This document shows positions 23,890-36,402 of a stretch of 64,000 nt of DNA, piece by piece. The position numbers and the translations under genes are program-made. The notes under the pieces are model-generated. The model was not told where the DNA came from. It saw nothing but the letters and a program-made list of their open reading frames with translations, and ran no database searches. Source of the DNA: Squalus acanthias (Eukaryota); assembly GCA_030390025.1 (NCBI GenBank), contig CM059431.1, positions 126,420,001-126,484,000 on the forward strand, read 5' to 3'. Each line of letters opens with the position of its first letter. Within the stretch, counting starts at the first letter, position 1.

Positions 23890-24681
23890 AGTTGATACAT
23901 GTGGAAGTATGATATCATAGCTATTCCTGAAACATGGCTGAAAGAAGGGCAGGAATGGCAGCTCAACATTCCTGGCTAGAGGGTTGTCAGACGAGATAGA
24001 GAGGGGGATACAAAAGGAGGGTGGTCGCAATATTCATTAAAGAAACAATTACAGCTGTGAGGAGGGATGATATGTTAGAAGGATCATCAAATTAGGTCAT
24101 ATGGATTGAACCGAAGAACAAAAAAGGGGCAATCCCACTGCTGGGAGTGTACTATAGACCCCCAAATAGTCAGAGGGAGATATGAAGCAAATTTGTAGAC
24201 AAATTTCTGAGAAGTGCAAAAACAATAGTAGGGGATTTCAACTACCCTAATATATACTGGGATAGAATCAGTGTAAAAGGTATAGAGGTTGCATAGTTCT
24301 TAAAATGCATTCAGGAGAACTTTTTTAGCGAGTACGTAGTAAGGAGAGGCAGCGGTTCTGGACTTTGTTTTAGGGAATGAAGTTGGGCAGGTGGAAGGGG
24401 TATCAGTGAGAGAGCATTTTGGTGGTAGTGATCATAATTCAGTTAGATTTAGCGTAGTTATGGAAAAGGACAAAGATAGACCAGGAGTAAAAGTTCTCAA
24501 TCGGGGAAAGGCCAATTTTACTAAGCTGAGATGTGATTTAGCAAAAGTGGACTAGAAACAGTTACTTGAAGATAAATCAGTGTCAGAGCAGTGGGAGGCA
24601 TTCAAGGAGGAGATAGTGAGGGTTCAGAGCAAATATGTTCCCACAAAGAAAAAGGGTGAGAGTCCCAAATCTAGCGCCCCC
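23890..24681 (+). mobile_element. CR1 endonuclease fragment inside Harbinger D, replacing the transposase 3' half
   Basis: YDIIAIPETWLKEGQEWQLNIPG, GVYYRPPNS, GDFNYP and GGSDHNSV motifs. Confidence 0.85.
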
Positions 24682-24686
24682 GGGGC

Positions 24687-25331
24687 ATGGTTGCACAACA
24701 AACTGCACATTAAGTGAGTGGTAGCCTTTGCAGGTACAGAAGATCTCAGATTGTTAAGCTGTGCCTGTAAAGCCACATGGGTGCAGTCAATGGCGCCCTG
24801 CACCATGGAGAAGCCCGCTATGCTGGCAAAGCCACATGCGCGATCTTCCTGCTTCTCTCTGCTCAGACAGAAGACGACATAATCCCTTCTCCTGGTTGAG
24901 AGAGCCTCAGTGACCTCCCGGATGCAACGATGGATGGCGAACTATTATATGTTAGCTATGTCTCCTACTGCAGACTGCAAGGATCTGCTGATGAACAAAT
25001 TGATGGCCACGGTGTCCTTGAGGGCCACTGGGAAAGCTGTGGTCACCCTGCTCTGAGGCTGCAGGTCTGTTTGCAGGAGGTGGCAAAGTTCTGTGACCAC
25101 CTCCTTTATGATGCGGAGCCTCCTAATACACTGCTCCTCACTTAGGTCGAAATAAAAGAAGTGCTCCCTGAAGACCCTAGGTGGGTAAGGCCTCCTGTTG
25201 AGAGTCCTCCTGGCCCCCCTCCTCCTCCCTCTGCGCGCATCTTCTCCTCTTCCTCGCTGCCTCTGCTCTCTCTCTTGAATATATTCGAGCTCAAGAGGAT
25301 CTGCCAGTATAGCCCCCATGACTGTGACCAA
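24687..25331 (-). pseudogene. Harbinger transposase 5' half
   Basis: RRPYPPRVFREH...LSEEQCIRRLR...VQGAIDCTHVAL. Confidence 0.9.
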
Positions 25332-26732
25332 TTGTTGTGAGCAGAAGCCTTTAAATAAGAATGAAAGTGCTGTCGACTTGCCCCAACATTCCTGTTACCT
25401 TAGGACTTTGAAACAAGTTTATAACGCTGCTAGAGTTGCAGAAAGTTCCACAGAACCATGTAAAACTGCAGAAGCGTGTCAGCTGCAAGTAGTTGCTGAT
25501 GATCCCTTTAAATACCTCTGCTAGAGCCCCCTTCCTGCTTCTCAACGCTTGCTCAGCTGGTTGCACTTCAGGCATTCCGGTAAGTGAAGGGGCACACTCC
25601 AAAATAGCAATTTGGGCGTCATGTAAGCGATGCACACTCACTGATCTATGGTCTGCATAATCTTGATAATGATCGCGAGTGCACACATCAGCAGCGCTGC
25701 CACCCAGCCAAAAATGGCGGCCACCTTGGGACCCGCTGGCAGCAGGTGGAAGTGCGGCGCACCCCATTTTTTTCCCGAATTGGGCCTTAACAGCTGACAC
25801 TAAACCCCCGAATTTCTAGCCCCTAGTTTTTAAAGAGCATCTTAAAAGAGGAGAGAGAAGTAGAAAGGCTGAGAAGTTTAGGGGGGAATTCCAAAGCTTA
25901 GGGCAGAGGCAGCTGAAGGCACAGCCGCCAATAGTGGAGCGATGAAAATCGGCGGTCCACGAGAGGCCAGAATTGAAGGAGCTCAGAGCTTTCAGAGGTT
26001 TGTAGGGCTGGAAGATATGACAGAGATAGGGAAGGGTGAGGTCATGGAGGGATTTGAAAACAAGGAACATTTTTAAATGGAGGCTTTACTGGACTGGAAG
26101 CCAATGTAAGTCAGCAAGCACAGGGGTGATGGGTGAATGGGACTTGGTGTGAGTTAGGATACGGGCAGCAGAGTTTCGGATGAGCTCAATTTTACGGAAG
26201 GGGCAAGGTGGGAGGCCAGCCAGGAGAGCATTGGAATAGTCAAATCTGGAGGTAATAAAGATATGGATGAGGATTTCAGCAGCAGATTAGCTGAGGTAGG
26301 GATGGAGACGGGAGATATTATGGAGGTGGAAGTAGGCCATCTTGTTGATGGTGAGGACATGGAGTTGGAAGCTCAGCTTAGCAGAACTAAGTTACCAGCA
26401 GGTTCATAATATAGATACATTTGGTGATAAAAGTACAGTTCTATTTGGACAGTAGCAAAATGCAAGAAGTCATGCAACAAGAAGTAAGCCATTTGCCACA
26501 CCATTCCTGCCCCTTCCACAGTGCTTGTATGATCCACCATAATGTTGCATATATAGGCTACACACTATATAATGGTCACACCCCAAAATTGAGGGCCTCC
26601 CAAAATAAAACACAATTAACTCATGTGTAGGCCACACCCTCACTTTAAATGATTATTTTACATCAAAAGCAGTTTGAAAGCCTGTATGCAAGTCAGTAAA
26701 GTGCCCTAATGTGGAATCTTCCCCACAAACAC

Positions 26733-27041
26733 GGGCAACACGGTGGCATAGTGGTTAGCACTGTTGCCTCATAGCGCTAGGGACCCGGGTTCGAATCCGG
26801 CCACGGGTGACTGTCTGTGTGGAGTTTGCACATTCTCCCCGTGTCTGCGTGGGGGTGCTCCGGTTTCCTCCCACAGTCCAAAGATGTGCAGGTTAGGTTG
26901 ATTTGGCTATGATAAATTGACCCTTAGTGTTAGGGGGGATTAAATACGTGGGGTTACGGGGATAGGGTGGGATATGTGTCGGTGCAGGCTCGATGGGCTG
27001 AAATGGCCTCTATCTGCACTGTGGGGATTCTGTGATCTGTG
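26733..27041 (+). mobile_element. tRNA-derived V-SINE (HE1-like) with CR1-type tail
   Basis: A box TGGCATAGTGG, B box GGTTCGAATCC, V-domain TGTGTGGAGTTTGCACATTCTCCCCGTGTCTGCGTGG. Confidence 0.88.
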
Positions 27042-27964
27042 AAATTTACTCTACTAAGAGAAACTTCGATGTAAATACTCCCTAATCCCCAAAAGTAATC
27101 AGATGAAACCTCAGAATATTCACTATTCATTCCCACAGGGGATCTCCTGCCGTAAACAGCAATTTGTGCATTTCTCCGAGGTTTCTGCCTTATGTTATGG
27201 TGGGAGCTCGGAGAACCCCCGTGGAAACTCTACCCTTTGTGTTTGTGGAGTGTTTGAACATTTATCTCAATGCACACTTACTTTCGGCTCTTTTGCACCA
27301 TGTAACTGTTTATTATACAACAACGTTGGTAAATGTCCTCTATAATACACAAATGTGGATATTATCCATATACTGTACAGCAAAAGTTCTTTTAATCTTC
27401 TTTATGAACCTTATATGTGGATTTTTATTAAAACCTTCTGAAAATTGAAGCAGTTTATAGCAATTGGATTGCCCTTATCAATCAATTTAGTTACCTGCTC
27501 CCACAATTTCCAACAGATTTGTGAGGCAATACCTATTACTTCTGAATCTATGCTGTCTATTACTTAAGGCCTCTGTGCTCTTTAATTAGCATTGAAAGTG
27601 GATCTGCAGCCATCTAAAGGATATCCCTTTTATGTAACAGGCCATGGAGACTCATTGTGTGCCCATTATTTATAACTTTATCTCTCCTAACAGGATTTTC
27701 AAGATGGAAGATAAAATCCTCTTAAGAGATGTGAAAGCCGTTTCACATAAAGACCTGAGATGTATTAAAGTGCCACCTGAAATTGTCTATTATAATAATA
27801 CTTGAGAAAAGAAAATCAGAGTGCTTTATTTGATGTCATCACATAATACACTTGTGGTAAATAAGCAGAATATTTGACAGTAATCCATTTCAGAGGGAAT
27901 TTGTCTCACTTGTGAGTGGGGAGTATATACTTCAGAGCTGCAGCAGTCAGTAATTATCTGAAAA

Positions 27965-29055
27965 GAAACAAAAAATGCTGGAAATACTCAGCAGGTCAGG
28001 CAGCATCTGTGCAGAGAGACAGTTAACGTTTCAGGTCGATGACCCTTCGTCAGAACTGGAAAAAGTTAGAGATGTAACAGATTTTTAAGCAAGTGCAGGG
28101 GCAGGGAGAGGGGGGAGGAGAGGAAAGAACAAAAGGGAAGGTTTGTGATAGGATGGAAGGCAGGAGAGGTTAAAAGGCAAAAGGGATGATGTTGCAAGGC
28201 AAAAGGAGATGGTAATGGGGCAAATTAAGAAACAAAAGATGACTCTAGATGAGGTGTAAATGGGAATGGCAGAATCATCAACAATAGGGGCAGAGGGTAT
28301 GGTCTGAAATTCTTGAACACGATGTTGAGTCCAGAAGGCTGTAAAGTGCCTAATCGAAAGATGAACTGCTGTCCCTCGAGCTTACATTGAGCTTCGTTGG
28401 AACAGTGTAAGAGGCCGAGGACGGAGAGGTCAGAGTGGGAGTGGAGCAATGAATTAAAGTGACAGGCAACCGGAAGCTCGGGGTCACCCCTACGGACTGA
28501 ATGGAGGTGTTCAGCAAAGCGGTCACCCAATCTGCGTTTGGTCTCCCCAATGTAGAAGAGATCGCATCGTGAGCAGCGAATACAGTATACTAAATTGCAA
28601 GAAATACAAGTAAATCGCTGTTTCACCTGGAAGGAGTGTTTGGGGCCCTGGACAATGGGAAGGGAGGAGGTAAAAGGGCGGTGTTGCATCTCCTGCGCTT
28701 GCACGGGAAGGTGCCATGGGAAGGGGAAGGAGTGTTGGGTGTGATTGAGGAGTGGGCCAGGTTGTCACGGAGGGAGCGGTCTCTGCGTAATGCTGAAAGG
28801 GGAGGGGAGGGGAAGATGTGTTTGGTGGTGGGATCACGATGGAGGTGGCAGAAATGGCGGAGGATGATCCATTGAATGAGGAGGCTGGTGCGGTGAAAGG
28901 TGAGGACAAGGGGAACCCTATCATGGTTCTGGGAGGGAGGGGAAGGGGTGAGAGCAGAAGTGCGGGAAATAGAACGGACATAGTCAAGGGCCATGTCAAC
29001 CACAGTAGAGGGGAATCCTCGGTTGAAGAAAAAGGAATACATGTCGGAAGCATTA
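27965..29055 (-). mobile_element. Penelope 3' part (GIY-YIG domain plus pLTR)
   Basis: ORF 28225-28704: NLVYCIRCSRCDLFYIGETKRRLGDRFAEH...VACHFN...FIFRLGTLQPSGLNI. Confidence 0.92.
28021..28057 (-). ncRNA. Minimal type I hammerhead ribozyme (core intact)
   Basis: Minus strand reads AGTT-CTGACGA-A-GGGTC-atc-GACCT-GAAA-CG-TT-AACT, with a palindromic AACGTT stem III and a GUU triplet. Confidence 0.8.
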
Positions 29056-29056
29056 G

Positions 29057-30060
29057 GATTACATAGAATATACGGCCCAACCAGTCCATGCCGGCATTTA
29101 TGCTCCACACGAGCCTCCTCCCCTCTTTCCTCATCTAAATCTATCAGCGTCACCTTCTATTCCCTTTTCCCTCATATGCTTGTCTAGCCTCCCCTTGAAT
29201 GCATCTATACTTTTCGCTTCAACCACTCTCTGTGGTAGCGATTTCCACATTCTCACCACTCTTTGGGTAAAGAAGTTTCTTCTGAATTCCCTATTGGATT
29301 TCTTGGTGACCATCTTATATTGATGGCCTCTAGTTATGCTCCTCTCCACAAGTGAAAACACTCTCTCTGTATCCACTCTATCAAAATTTTTCATAATTTA
29401 CAGACCTCTATTAGGTCACCCCTCAGCCTTCTTTTTTCAAGAGAAAAGAGACGCAGCCTGTTCATCCTTTCCTGATATGTATACCCTTGCATTTCTGGTA
29501 TCATCCTTGTAAATCTTCTCTGCACCCTCTCCAGTGCCTCTATATTGTTTTTATAATATGGCGACCAGAACTGTACGCAGTACTCTAAGTGTGGTCTAAC
29601 CAAGGTTCGATACAAGTTTAGCGTAACTTCACTACTTTTCAATTCTATCCCTCTAGAAATAAACCCTAGTGCTTGGTTTCCCTTTTTATGGCCTTGCTAA
29701 CCTGCGTCACAACTTTTCGTGATTTGTGTATTTGTACTCCGAGATCCCTTTGTTCCTCTACCCCACCTAGACTCGCACCCTCCAAGTGATAAGTGACCTC
29801 TCTATTCTTCCTTCCAAAATGTAATACCTCACATTTATCTGCGTTGAACTTCATTTGCCAATTATATGCCCATTCTGCAAGTTTATTAATGTCCTCCTGT
29901 AATTTGTTGCAGTCCTCCTCAGTATTGACTAACCCCTCCAATGTGGTGTGATCCGCAAATTTAGAAATGATGTTTTTAATTCCAAGTCTAAATCATTATT
30001 GTAAATTATGAACAGCAGTGGTCCCAGCACTGATCCTTGTGGAACACCACTACCCACCTT
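29057..30060 (-). mobile_element. CR1 3' fragment
   Basis: LYRTLVRPHLEYCVQFWSPYY, RRNFFTQRVVRMW and a 3' UTR at about 29060-29130. Confidence 0.92.
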
Positions 30061-30061
30061 G

Positions 30062-32001
30062 GAAACGTTGAGTTCAACAATTTCAGACTATAACCTCTGC
30101 CCCTATTTTTTCAGGCGGCAGCTGTTGATGATTCTGCCATCCCCATTTGCAACATTTAACCTCTCCAGCTTTCCACCCTATCACAGACCGTCCCTTTTGT
30201 GCTTTCCTCACCTCCCCCCTTTCCCTGCCTCTGCACCTGCTTAAAATCTGTTACATCTCTAAAATTTGTAAGGGTTTTGACCGTCTCTCCGCCTGTGAGA
30301 TTCGTGTGGCTCTGTGCAGCCTGGATGCTAGTGCGAGGTTAGGCCTTGTTGCCTGTTCTGGTCTCCAGCCAGTCTGGGAGCACTAGACACCTGTGAGTGG
30401 TTCGAATCACTCGCCCTTACGGTTCTAGACACTGGACTTAGATGCGAGAGCAGTAATGGAGATGAAACTCAGGTAGACTCGGTTGAATGGTACGAAATGG
30501 AAAATCTTTATTGCATAATACTTAAGATTACGAAATACATGTCATAAGCACAGATTAATGACAGTACAATCTTACACGCAGTTATGTAACTAATTTCAGG
30601 GAAACGAGGAACGAACGACACACCGTAAATGGGGGCACACATTACAATTATCCTTAATACTTGAAAACCCCCCTATCAATATCTGTCCTAAGCTAGATTC
30701 GTAGGATTCGAGACTCATGCTCACCACTCGTGATAACTCGGAGAAATTCCGAATAGCTGATCGGATGTTTTCACCGCAGCACCCACGTGTCGATCAGGGG
30801 GTCTCCTGGCCCCACTTGTTTACTTGTTTCTGCTCCGGCTAGCAGGCTGGAACGTCTGCTGTCATGAAGATCTGTGTTGGTGGTTTTCAAAGTCCAGTCA
30901 ATACTTAAGAAAAGAATCTTCCGGTGTCCGTTCTGTAAAGTTCAAAGAAGTCTTCCTGGCAAGGAAAATGTCAATTCGACCTACAGGCGCGGTCGGGGCT
31001 TACTGACCGTGGCGATAAGTGTGGTCTTCGTCTCTTCCCATCTCATCTCATCTCATCTCTTCTCGGGCCTTTGGTTCCGATACCGGTTATCAACACAGGT
31101 CTTCGCGACACGACACGAGGTAGATCCGAGCGGATCACAAAGTTCAACAGTCTTTTAAAAGAGACACGAGGCAAGCAGGAACAAGACGGCGAGTCAAAAA
31201 CACAGGAGCAGCCACGAGGATGAACACCAGCAAGATACGAAGATAAGAGGATAAGAGAGAGATGGACGGTTGGAGCTTGTAATTATAGTACAAAATCTTC
31301 CGTTTCCCGCCCAACCTCAATGTCCCTTCCCCTTGTTAGGGCTTGGCGCTCAAATGTCCTGTATAGGTGATCTCCGTTTTTTAATGGGTTTCGGGGCTAC
31401 TCGTAAATGTCTGAGTACCTGTTAATATTTCTCCCATTGTTTAATCGGTCGGTGTTCTCCCTGGAGGGGTTTTGGGGCCTCCAAGTGTTTTCTGTAACTA
31501 CCCGCTAACGGCTCTCTCATCGTAGAGTCGTTGGGATTTTACATATTAATGTCTTTGGATGGGTTCTTGATTACTGGGTACAATAGCTTTCATTCGTACC
31601 TGGGAGACCGATTTCAGTATCTATGTGTATACTGCAAACCAAAGATGTCTCGTGTATTATCTTCAATGTGCTGAATCTTAATCGATCTTGCACAAATGTT
31701 TATTGGAACGCCATCTTGTCTGCCTGTCGAAAAGTCTAGAATGTTCCGCCACGAGGTGCGGCGGCCATTTTACAAGCTGCTTGTGTCCACTTTGAAACCT
31801 GACAGCATTCTGCTGAAATAAAAGCTGTTTGAACGAAACTAAGTGTTTTCTCCTTATTAATGAAATCGCGATATATTGCGAATTCTACAAATTTTCCAGT
31901 TCTGACAAAGAGTCATCGACCTGAAACGTTAACTCTGTTTCTCACTCCACGATGCTGCCTGACCTGCTGAGTGTTTCCAGCATTTTCTGTTGTTATTTCA
32001 G
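30062..32001 (+). mobile_element. Penelope pLTR (inverted relative to 27965-29055), interrupted by a solo LTR
   Basis: GAGTTCAACAATTTCAGAC...GTTACATCTCT joins TTCCAGTTCTGAC after the LTR. Hammerhead at 31898-31934 has a mutated core (CTGACAA). Confidence 0.85.
30267..31889 (-). mobile_element. Solo LTR (1623 bp), ERV- or Gypsy-type
   Basis: TGTA...TACA termini, 4-bp TSD AATT (30263-30266 and 31890-31893), AATAAA on the minus strand at about 30506-30511, no convincing ORF. Confidence 0.8.
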
Positions 32002-32730
32002 AGAAATTGAGACGGCCGATGTCACACTGGGAGTTCGCATAGAAAAGATCTAGAGAGGGTAAGAGGCCAGAGGGAGGGGTCCAGGTAGAATGAGAATTCT
32101 GAAAACGGGAGAAAAGTTCAGCTGTGTGGGGGGACGACTCCTGGCCAAAGAAGTGGGCACAGAGACGAAGGCAATGGAAAATGAGCTCAGCGTCATGCTG
32201 AGCTCAAAATTCATTGAGTTGGGTGCATAAGAGGATGAAACTCAGGCCTTTCCTGAGGACCGATCGTTTGGGGTCAGAGAGGGGAAGGTCAGAGGGGATA
32301 GTGAAAACACGGCAGGGGGTGAGATTGGAAGAAGAGATGGGGTCAGAGGAAATTTAAATGGAAGAAGGTTCCAGAGGGGCATTGGTGTCCAAGAGTTGTT
32401 GAAGCTTACGAACCTTGACACCTGAAAGGAAGAAAAACAATTTTTGTTAAAGCACCGGATGAGGTGACGGATGAAATGGAACTGTGGTCCAGGACAGCTT
32501 TGAGAGAGAGTGACACAATAACAAAATACTGCGGATGCTGGAAATCTGAAATAACAACAGAAAATGCTGGAAACACTCAGTAGGTCAGGCAGCATCATGG
32601 AGGGAGAAACAGAGTTAACGTTTCAGGTCGATGACCCTTCGTCAGAACTGGTAAAAGTTAGAGATGTAACAGATTTTTAAGCAAGTGCAGGGGCAGGGAA
32701 AGGGGGGAGGGGAGGAAAGAACAAAAGGAA
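32002..32730 (-). mobile_element. Penelope pLTR plus N-terminal ORF fragment
   Basis: pLTR 32515-32730 is nearly identical to 27965-28135 and is followed on the minus strand by ORF-like sequence. Confidence 0.75.
32613..32649 (-). ncRNA. Minimal type I hammerhead ribozyme (core intact)
   Basis: Identical to 28021-28057. Confidence 0.8.
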
Positions 32731-32988
32731 AAGTAATTATCTGGTTCCCCTCACTCCATTACTGAGACTGAGGAGTTAGCTGGTTGAATGGGTAATGCGA
32801 GATAATCAATGTCATATTGCTGAGGAGTTTAGAGGGTAATGGGATGATGACATTCAGTGCATGATAGGCTGAGGAGAATCGTCAGATAGAAGTAGTGATC
32901 AGCAATTATGAGTATGTATTTGGTGTATCATTTTCTTGACTTTTTTTTGTTACATAGCAACACTGATATGTATATATTCATATATAAT

Positions 32989-33722
32989 GGGCCATATATT
33001 CCGATCCCTATGGGTGTGTACGCGCTATGTACACACCTGTAAGGACATCGGAAATGCCAGTTTCAGGCATGCCAAGCGCATGCGCTGAAAACCGGCATTT
33101 CCGATCTGTCAAGAAAGCTCTTGACAGATCGGACGCCTGTCCTGGAGAAGGGCCTCTGTGGGTGGAGAGTTCCGCTTTCTGGAGAACCTCTGCCCGCAGA
33201 AAACCCTCAGAAATTTTATGCCTGGTAAAAGAGTTGAAAAAAGTTTAAAAAAATAAAAAAATGTCCACTCATTTATCATTTAAAAATACTTTAAAAAAAA
33301 GGTAAGTTTATTTTTAGCCCCGAAAAAAATTGAATTATTTTTTTCAAAAAATTAAATTTTTGTTTAAAATATTTAATTTAATGTAATTTCAACTCATTTT
33401 AAAAATGTGATGTTTTAAAAAAAAATATTTAATGTTTTACAGTGTTTTTGGGGTGATCTCCATTCATGTATTTGACAGGTCTATCTGTCAAGTGTATGAA
33501 GAGAGATTCCCTTCCCCTATTGGCTCCCCATGGCCCACGTGATCCCAGGGACACTTGCGAACCGCATGCGCCCCTGGGAAACGTGGGCCCTGCACATTTC
33601 GAGTTGGAGAGGCCCAGGAATGGAAGTATACGCACCTCGGGAGCCCTCAGGTAAGTCTGTAGATTTTTTCCAGATCGGAGGCCTCTGCACGCATGGAGCC
33701 TCTGATCAGAAAATACGGGCCC
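32989..33722. mobile_element. Harbinger-like MITE family 1, divergent copy 3
   Basis: GGGCC termini with AAT/AAA flanks. Shares the AT-rich core, TGACAG hairpin and CACGTG motif with the other copies. Confidence 0.85.
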
Positions 33723-33868
33723 AAATCTTATAGGAAAGAAATATAGTTGATTTCTATATCCTATTAGTATCTGTGTATTTTTGTGTTCAAGTCTCTGGAA
33801 TGGAACTTGAACTCACAACATTCTGGATCAGTATTATTGCTGTTCTCTACATCACCTCCAGAGCCTGA

Positions 33869-34364
33869 GGCCTTGATATTTATGGCGACGCCGAAAATGT
33901 CCAAAGAACTCAGCAAGGCCAGGGACGCGGAGGTCCTGCTGGACTTAACGGCATGACCTCATTAACATTTTTAGTTCCTTTTCCCACCTGGCAGCCTGCC
34001 AAATTGAAAGCCGGGCCGGCAGCCGAATTAGGAAATCAACGGCAGGAGGCCACAGCTGGGGGCCCTTGGGAATGGTCCCCAACAATCAGGAGGAAGGAAG
34101 GTCAGCAAACTGGGCTGGTGGGGCGAAGGAGGTCAGCGTTCGGGAGGAGGGACAGAAAAGACACGGTCTAAAAGGGGGAGGCCGAAGGCTTCCTTGAGGA
34201 TCCGGGGGGAGCACTCCTGCTCTTACTGGCCTACAAGGAGTGCTGCAAAAGGTACTTCCCTTGTGGAGCTGGTAACTCCCGCCTCCCTTTCACAGCTGGG
34301 TTTCCCGACCCCTGGAAGCTCGACTTAAATATGTTAATTAAATGGGGAGGTTAAAATCAAGGCC
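33869..34364. mobile_element. Harbinger-like MITE family 3
   Basis: TIR GGCCTTGAT(A/T)TTT / AAAATCAAGGCC with a TGA/TGA 3-bp TSD. Confidence 0.8.
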
Positions 34365-34386
34365 TGAATATCTCCCTTGTGTCTAA

Positions 34387-35237
34387 ACGACTGGAACTGG
34401 ACACTTGACTAAATGTGTTGGTTTAGAAAGTTGTTGATGCCGCACCTGTTTTCCAAGCATAAAACGGGCACCTGACCATCCAAAATGGTGGGTGGCATGC
34501 GCACACACATTCCACGCCGAAAGTGCACTGCCTGCCATATTGGCAAATGCTGAAGTATAAGAAATCCATGGGCCGTGCTTGAAACAATCAAAAGGCCCTT
34601 TGCGTACGCAGTTATGGATCCTAACACATGTTTCAGGCCCACTTCCTGAAATTGGGCTGCCCTGAACGCAGCCAGTGCTGGACTTGCTGCGTCAGGAGAA
34701 CAGATTCTACTTGTGGCCTAACTGGGGCTCTTTAAAGGCACTGCAACGGCCGCCACCAAAAGGTAAACTATCAAAAATGAGCTCCTCCCAGCTTGACAGC
34801 AGTCTCGAAGCTCATTGCAGGTGCCCGCTCCGCACCTTCCTGTTCGCCTCCCCCCCCACCCCGCCCCCCTCTCCGAAGTGCCTCCCTACTCTCCCAATTT
34901 CTTCTCCCCTCTCCCGATTGCCTCTCCCCATTTTCACAATCGCTTGGCCCCCTTTCACGATTACCTCCCCCCACTCGATCGCCTCTTCCTTCTCTCGATC
35001 CCTCCCACCTCCTCTCCGCACCGACCTGAGGGCCGCTGTTGGCGACACTCGGCCTGAAATTGAAATGCGCTTCTCTGGCAAGCCAACTGCAGATGCCCAG
35101 CAGAAGTCCACAGCTAAATTAAATGAGGCCCAAGGCCCAATATCAAATGAGCCTTGGGCCTACCCGTTTCAGTGCAGGGATCACTCGCATGCACATATTT
35201 CGTGCCGGCAGACCGGCGCTATCCAATTTCAACCCCC
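34387..35237. mobile_element. Probable non-autonomous DNA transposon (GC-rich, degenerate left end)
   Basis: Right end TCCAATTTCAACCCC resembles the Harbinger-type TIRs in this window. Pyrimidine-rich low-complexity core. Confidence 0.5.
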
Positions 35238-35758
35238 GTGGTCTGGCCAAAGCACTCTAAGTTTTAATCATGACTTCCTTCAGTTCAGAGTTTACTGTTT
35301 TTTAGCTACACAGTTCAGAATACTGTTTGCTCTGTTGATCACTGATCCACAGTGAATGGATGTGTTTTAGTTAAGTGATTATTGTGCTTTCAACTACGTC
35401 ACAACTTGCTGAGACCTTGAAAATGTTACTTTGTTGCATTGTAATATGTTTTTTTACTTTGCTGCTAACATTGATTTTGATATGAACCATTATATTAATC
35501 ATTTGGAGTAAACATTGAAATTCTGAACCACATAAACAGCCTGAAGTCTAAATTTCTTCCTGTCAATTCACTTTAGTATGCGGCTGACAGTCAAATTATT
35601 ATATTTCTCTAATTGGATTACTTCCGGTATTTAAATGTGCAAATTTCTACCAAGCATATTTTACACAATGCAGATTATTCTTCCTAGCCAGGTGGGTCTG
35701 CTATTGTGCTAACTTGTGTTGTTGTTTATTTTCTTTCAATGGACTCCCTTATCTACAG

Positions 35759-35821
35759 CTGGAGTCCTTCGTACTGCAGAATATACTCCAGATCCTAATT
35801 ATAACAACAGCAGCCCCCAGG
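35759..35821 (+). CDS. Candidate 63-nt internal host exon (xGVLRTAEYTPDPNYNNSSPQx), gene unknown
   Basis: Branch-like GCTAAC at 35708, pyrimidine-rich tract, TACAG acceptor, AGG|GTAAAC donor. Frame-preserving phase 1-1, and located in a largely repeat-free island. Confidence 0.3.
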
Positions 35822-36402
35822 GTAAACTTTGTTGTGCAGCATAGATGAACGCAACCACCAATTGGTTTTATTTCCATTGCCTTTATCACCAGCATGAAAA
35901 GGGAGAATGCAGGTATGAGTTAATAGCACTCTAAGTTCACTACCCAGGCACTTCAAAACAGTCAATTGTTTTTCCAGAGATGTTTAACGATTTTCTTTTT
36001 TCCCCTTATTGATTTTCCGAGAGACCACATCTGGTGTAGTGGTTATTGAGGCAACCTACACCGAGATCTTTCAAAATGCTACTCCATCTAGCGCTTAATT
36101 AGTGAGTGACAACTCCCTGAAGTGACTTTTTGTCAGATCTACCCTTCATCCACACTTTTAGATACCTCCACCCAGCTCTCTGATGCTTCTAGGTGGTGGC
36201 TGAGATTAAAAGCTTGCCATTTGGGAAATCACAGTCGCAATTTTGTGAAATGCTATACTAGAGGTACAATGTAATGTGAAAACAAAAGGTGGAATTTTCA
36301 AATCGATGCTGCCAGTGGTAGCACTGCTCCCAGCTACAGTGGTCAATGGTAAAATTATCCTCAATATCACAAGAGAAATATTTCATAGCTTTACAGTATT
36401 AG

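Larger units (their letters stand above)
21663..25822. mobile_element. PIF/Harbinger transposon copy D
   Basis: TIRs GGCCTAGAAATT/AATTTCTAGCCC with GTA/CTA flanks. Myb gene on +, transposase 5' half on -. Confidence 0.9.
21526..26380 (-). mobile_element. L2 LINE 3' end split by Harbinger D (pieces 21526-21662 and 25823-26380)
   Basis: (CAA)n-CTTGCATTTATATAGC tail and LVFKSLHDLTLPYL...GGCAFS...PKLWNS. The pieces join across the insertion. Confidence 0.85.

Noticed and set aside
26733..26812. Functional tRNA genes (also 37309, 45477, 48793, about 60880)
   Set aside because: The A/B boxes run directly into SINE or LINE bodies, with no complete cloverleaf or terminator.
34675..35355. 226-aa ORF as a protein-coding gene
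   Set aside because: Pro/Ser-rich product of a low-complexity pyrimidine tract inside a probable non-autonomous element, with no recognisable domain.
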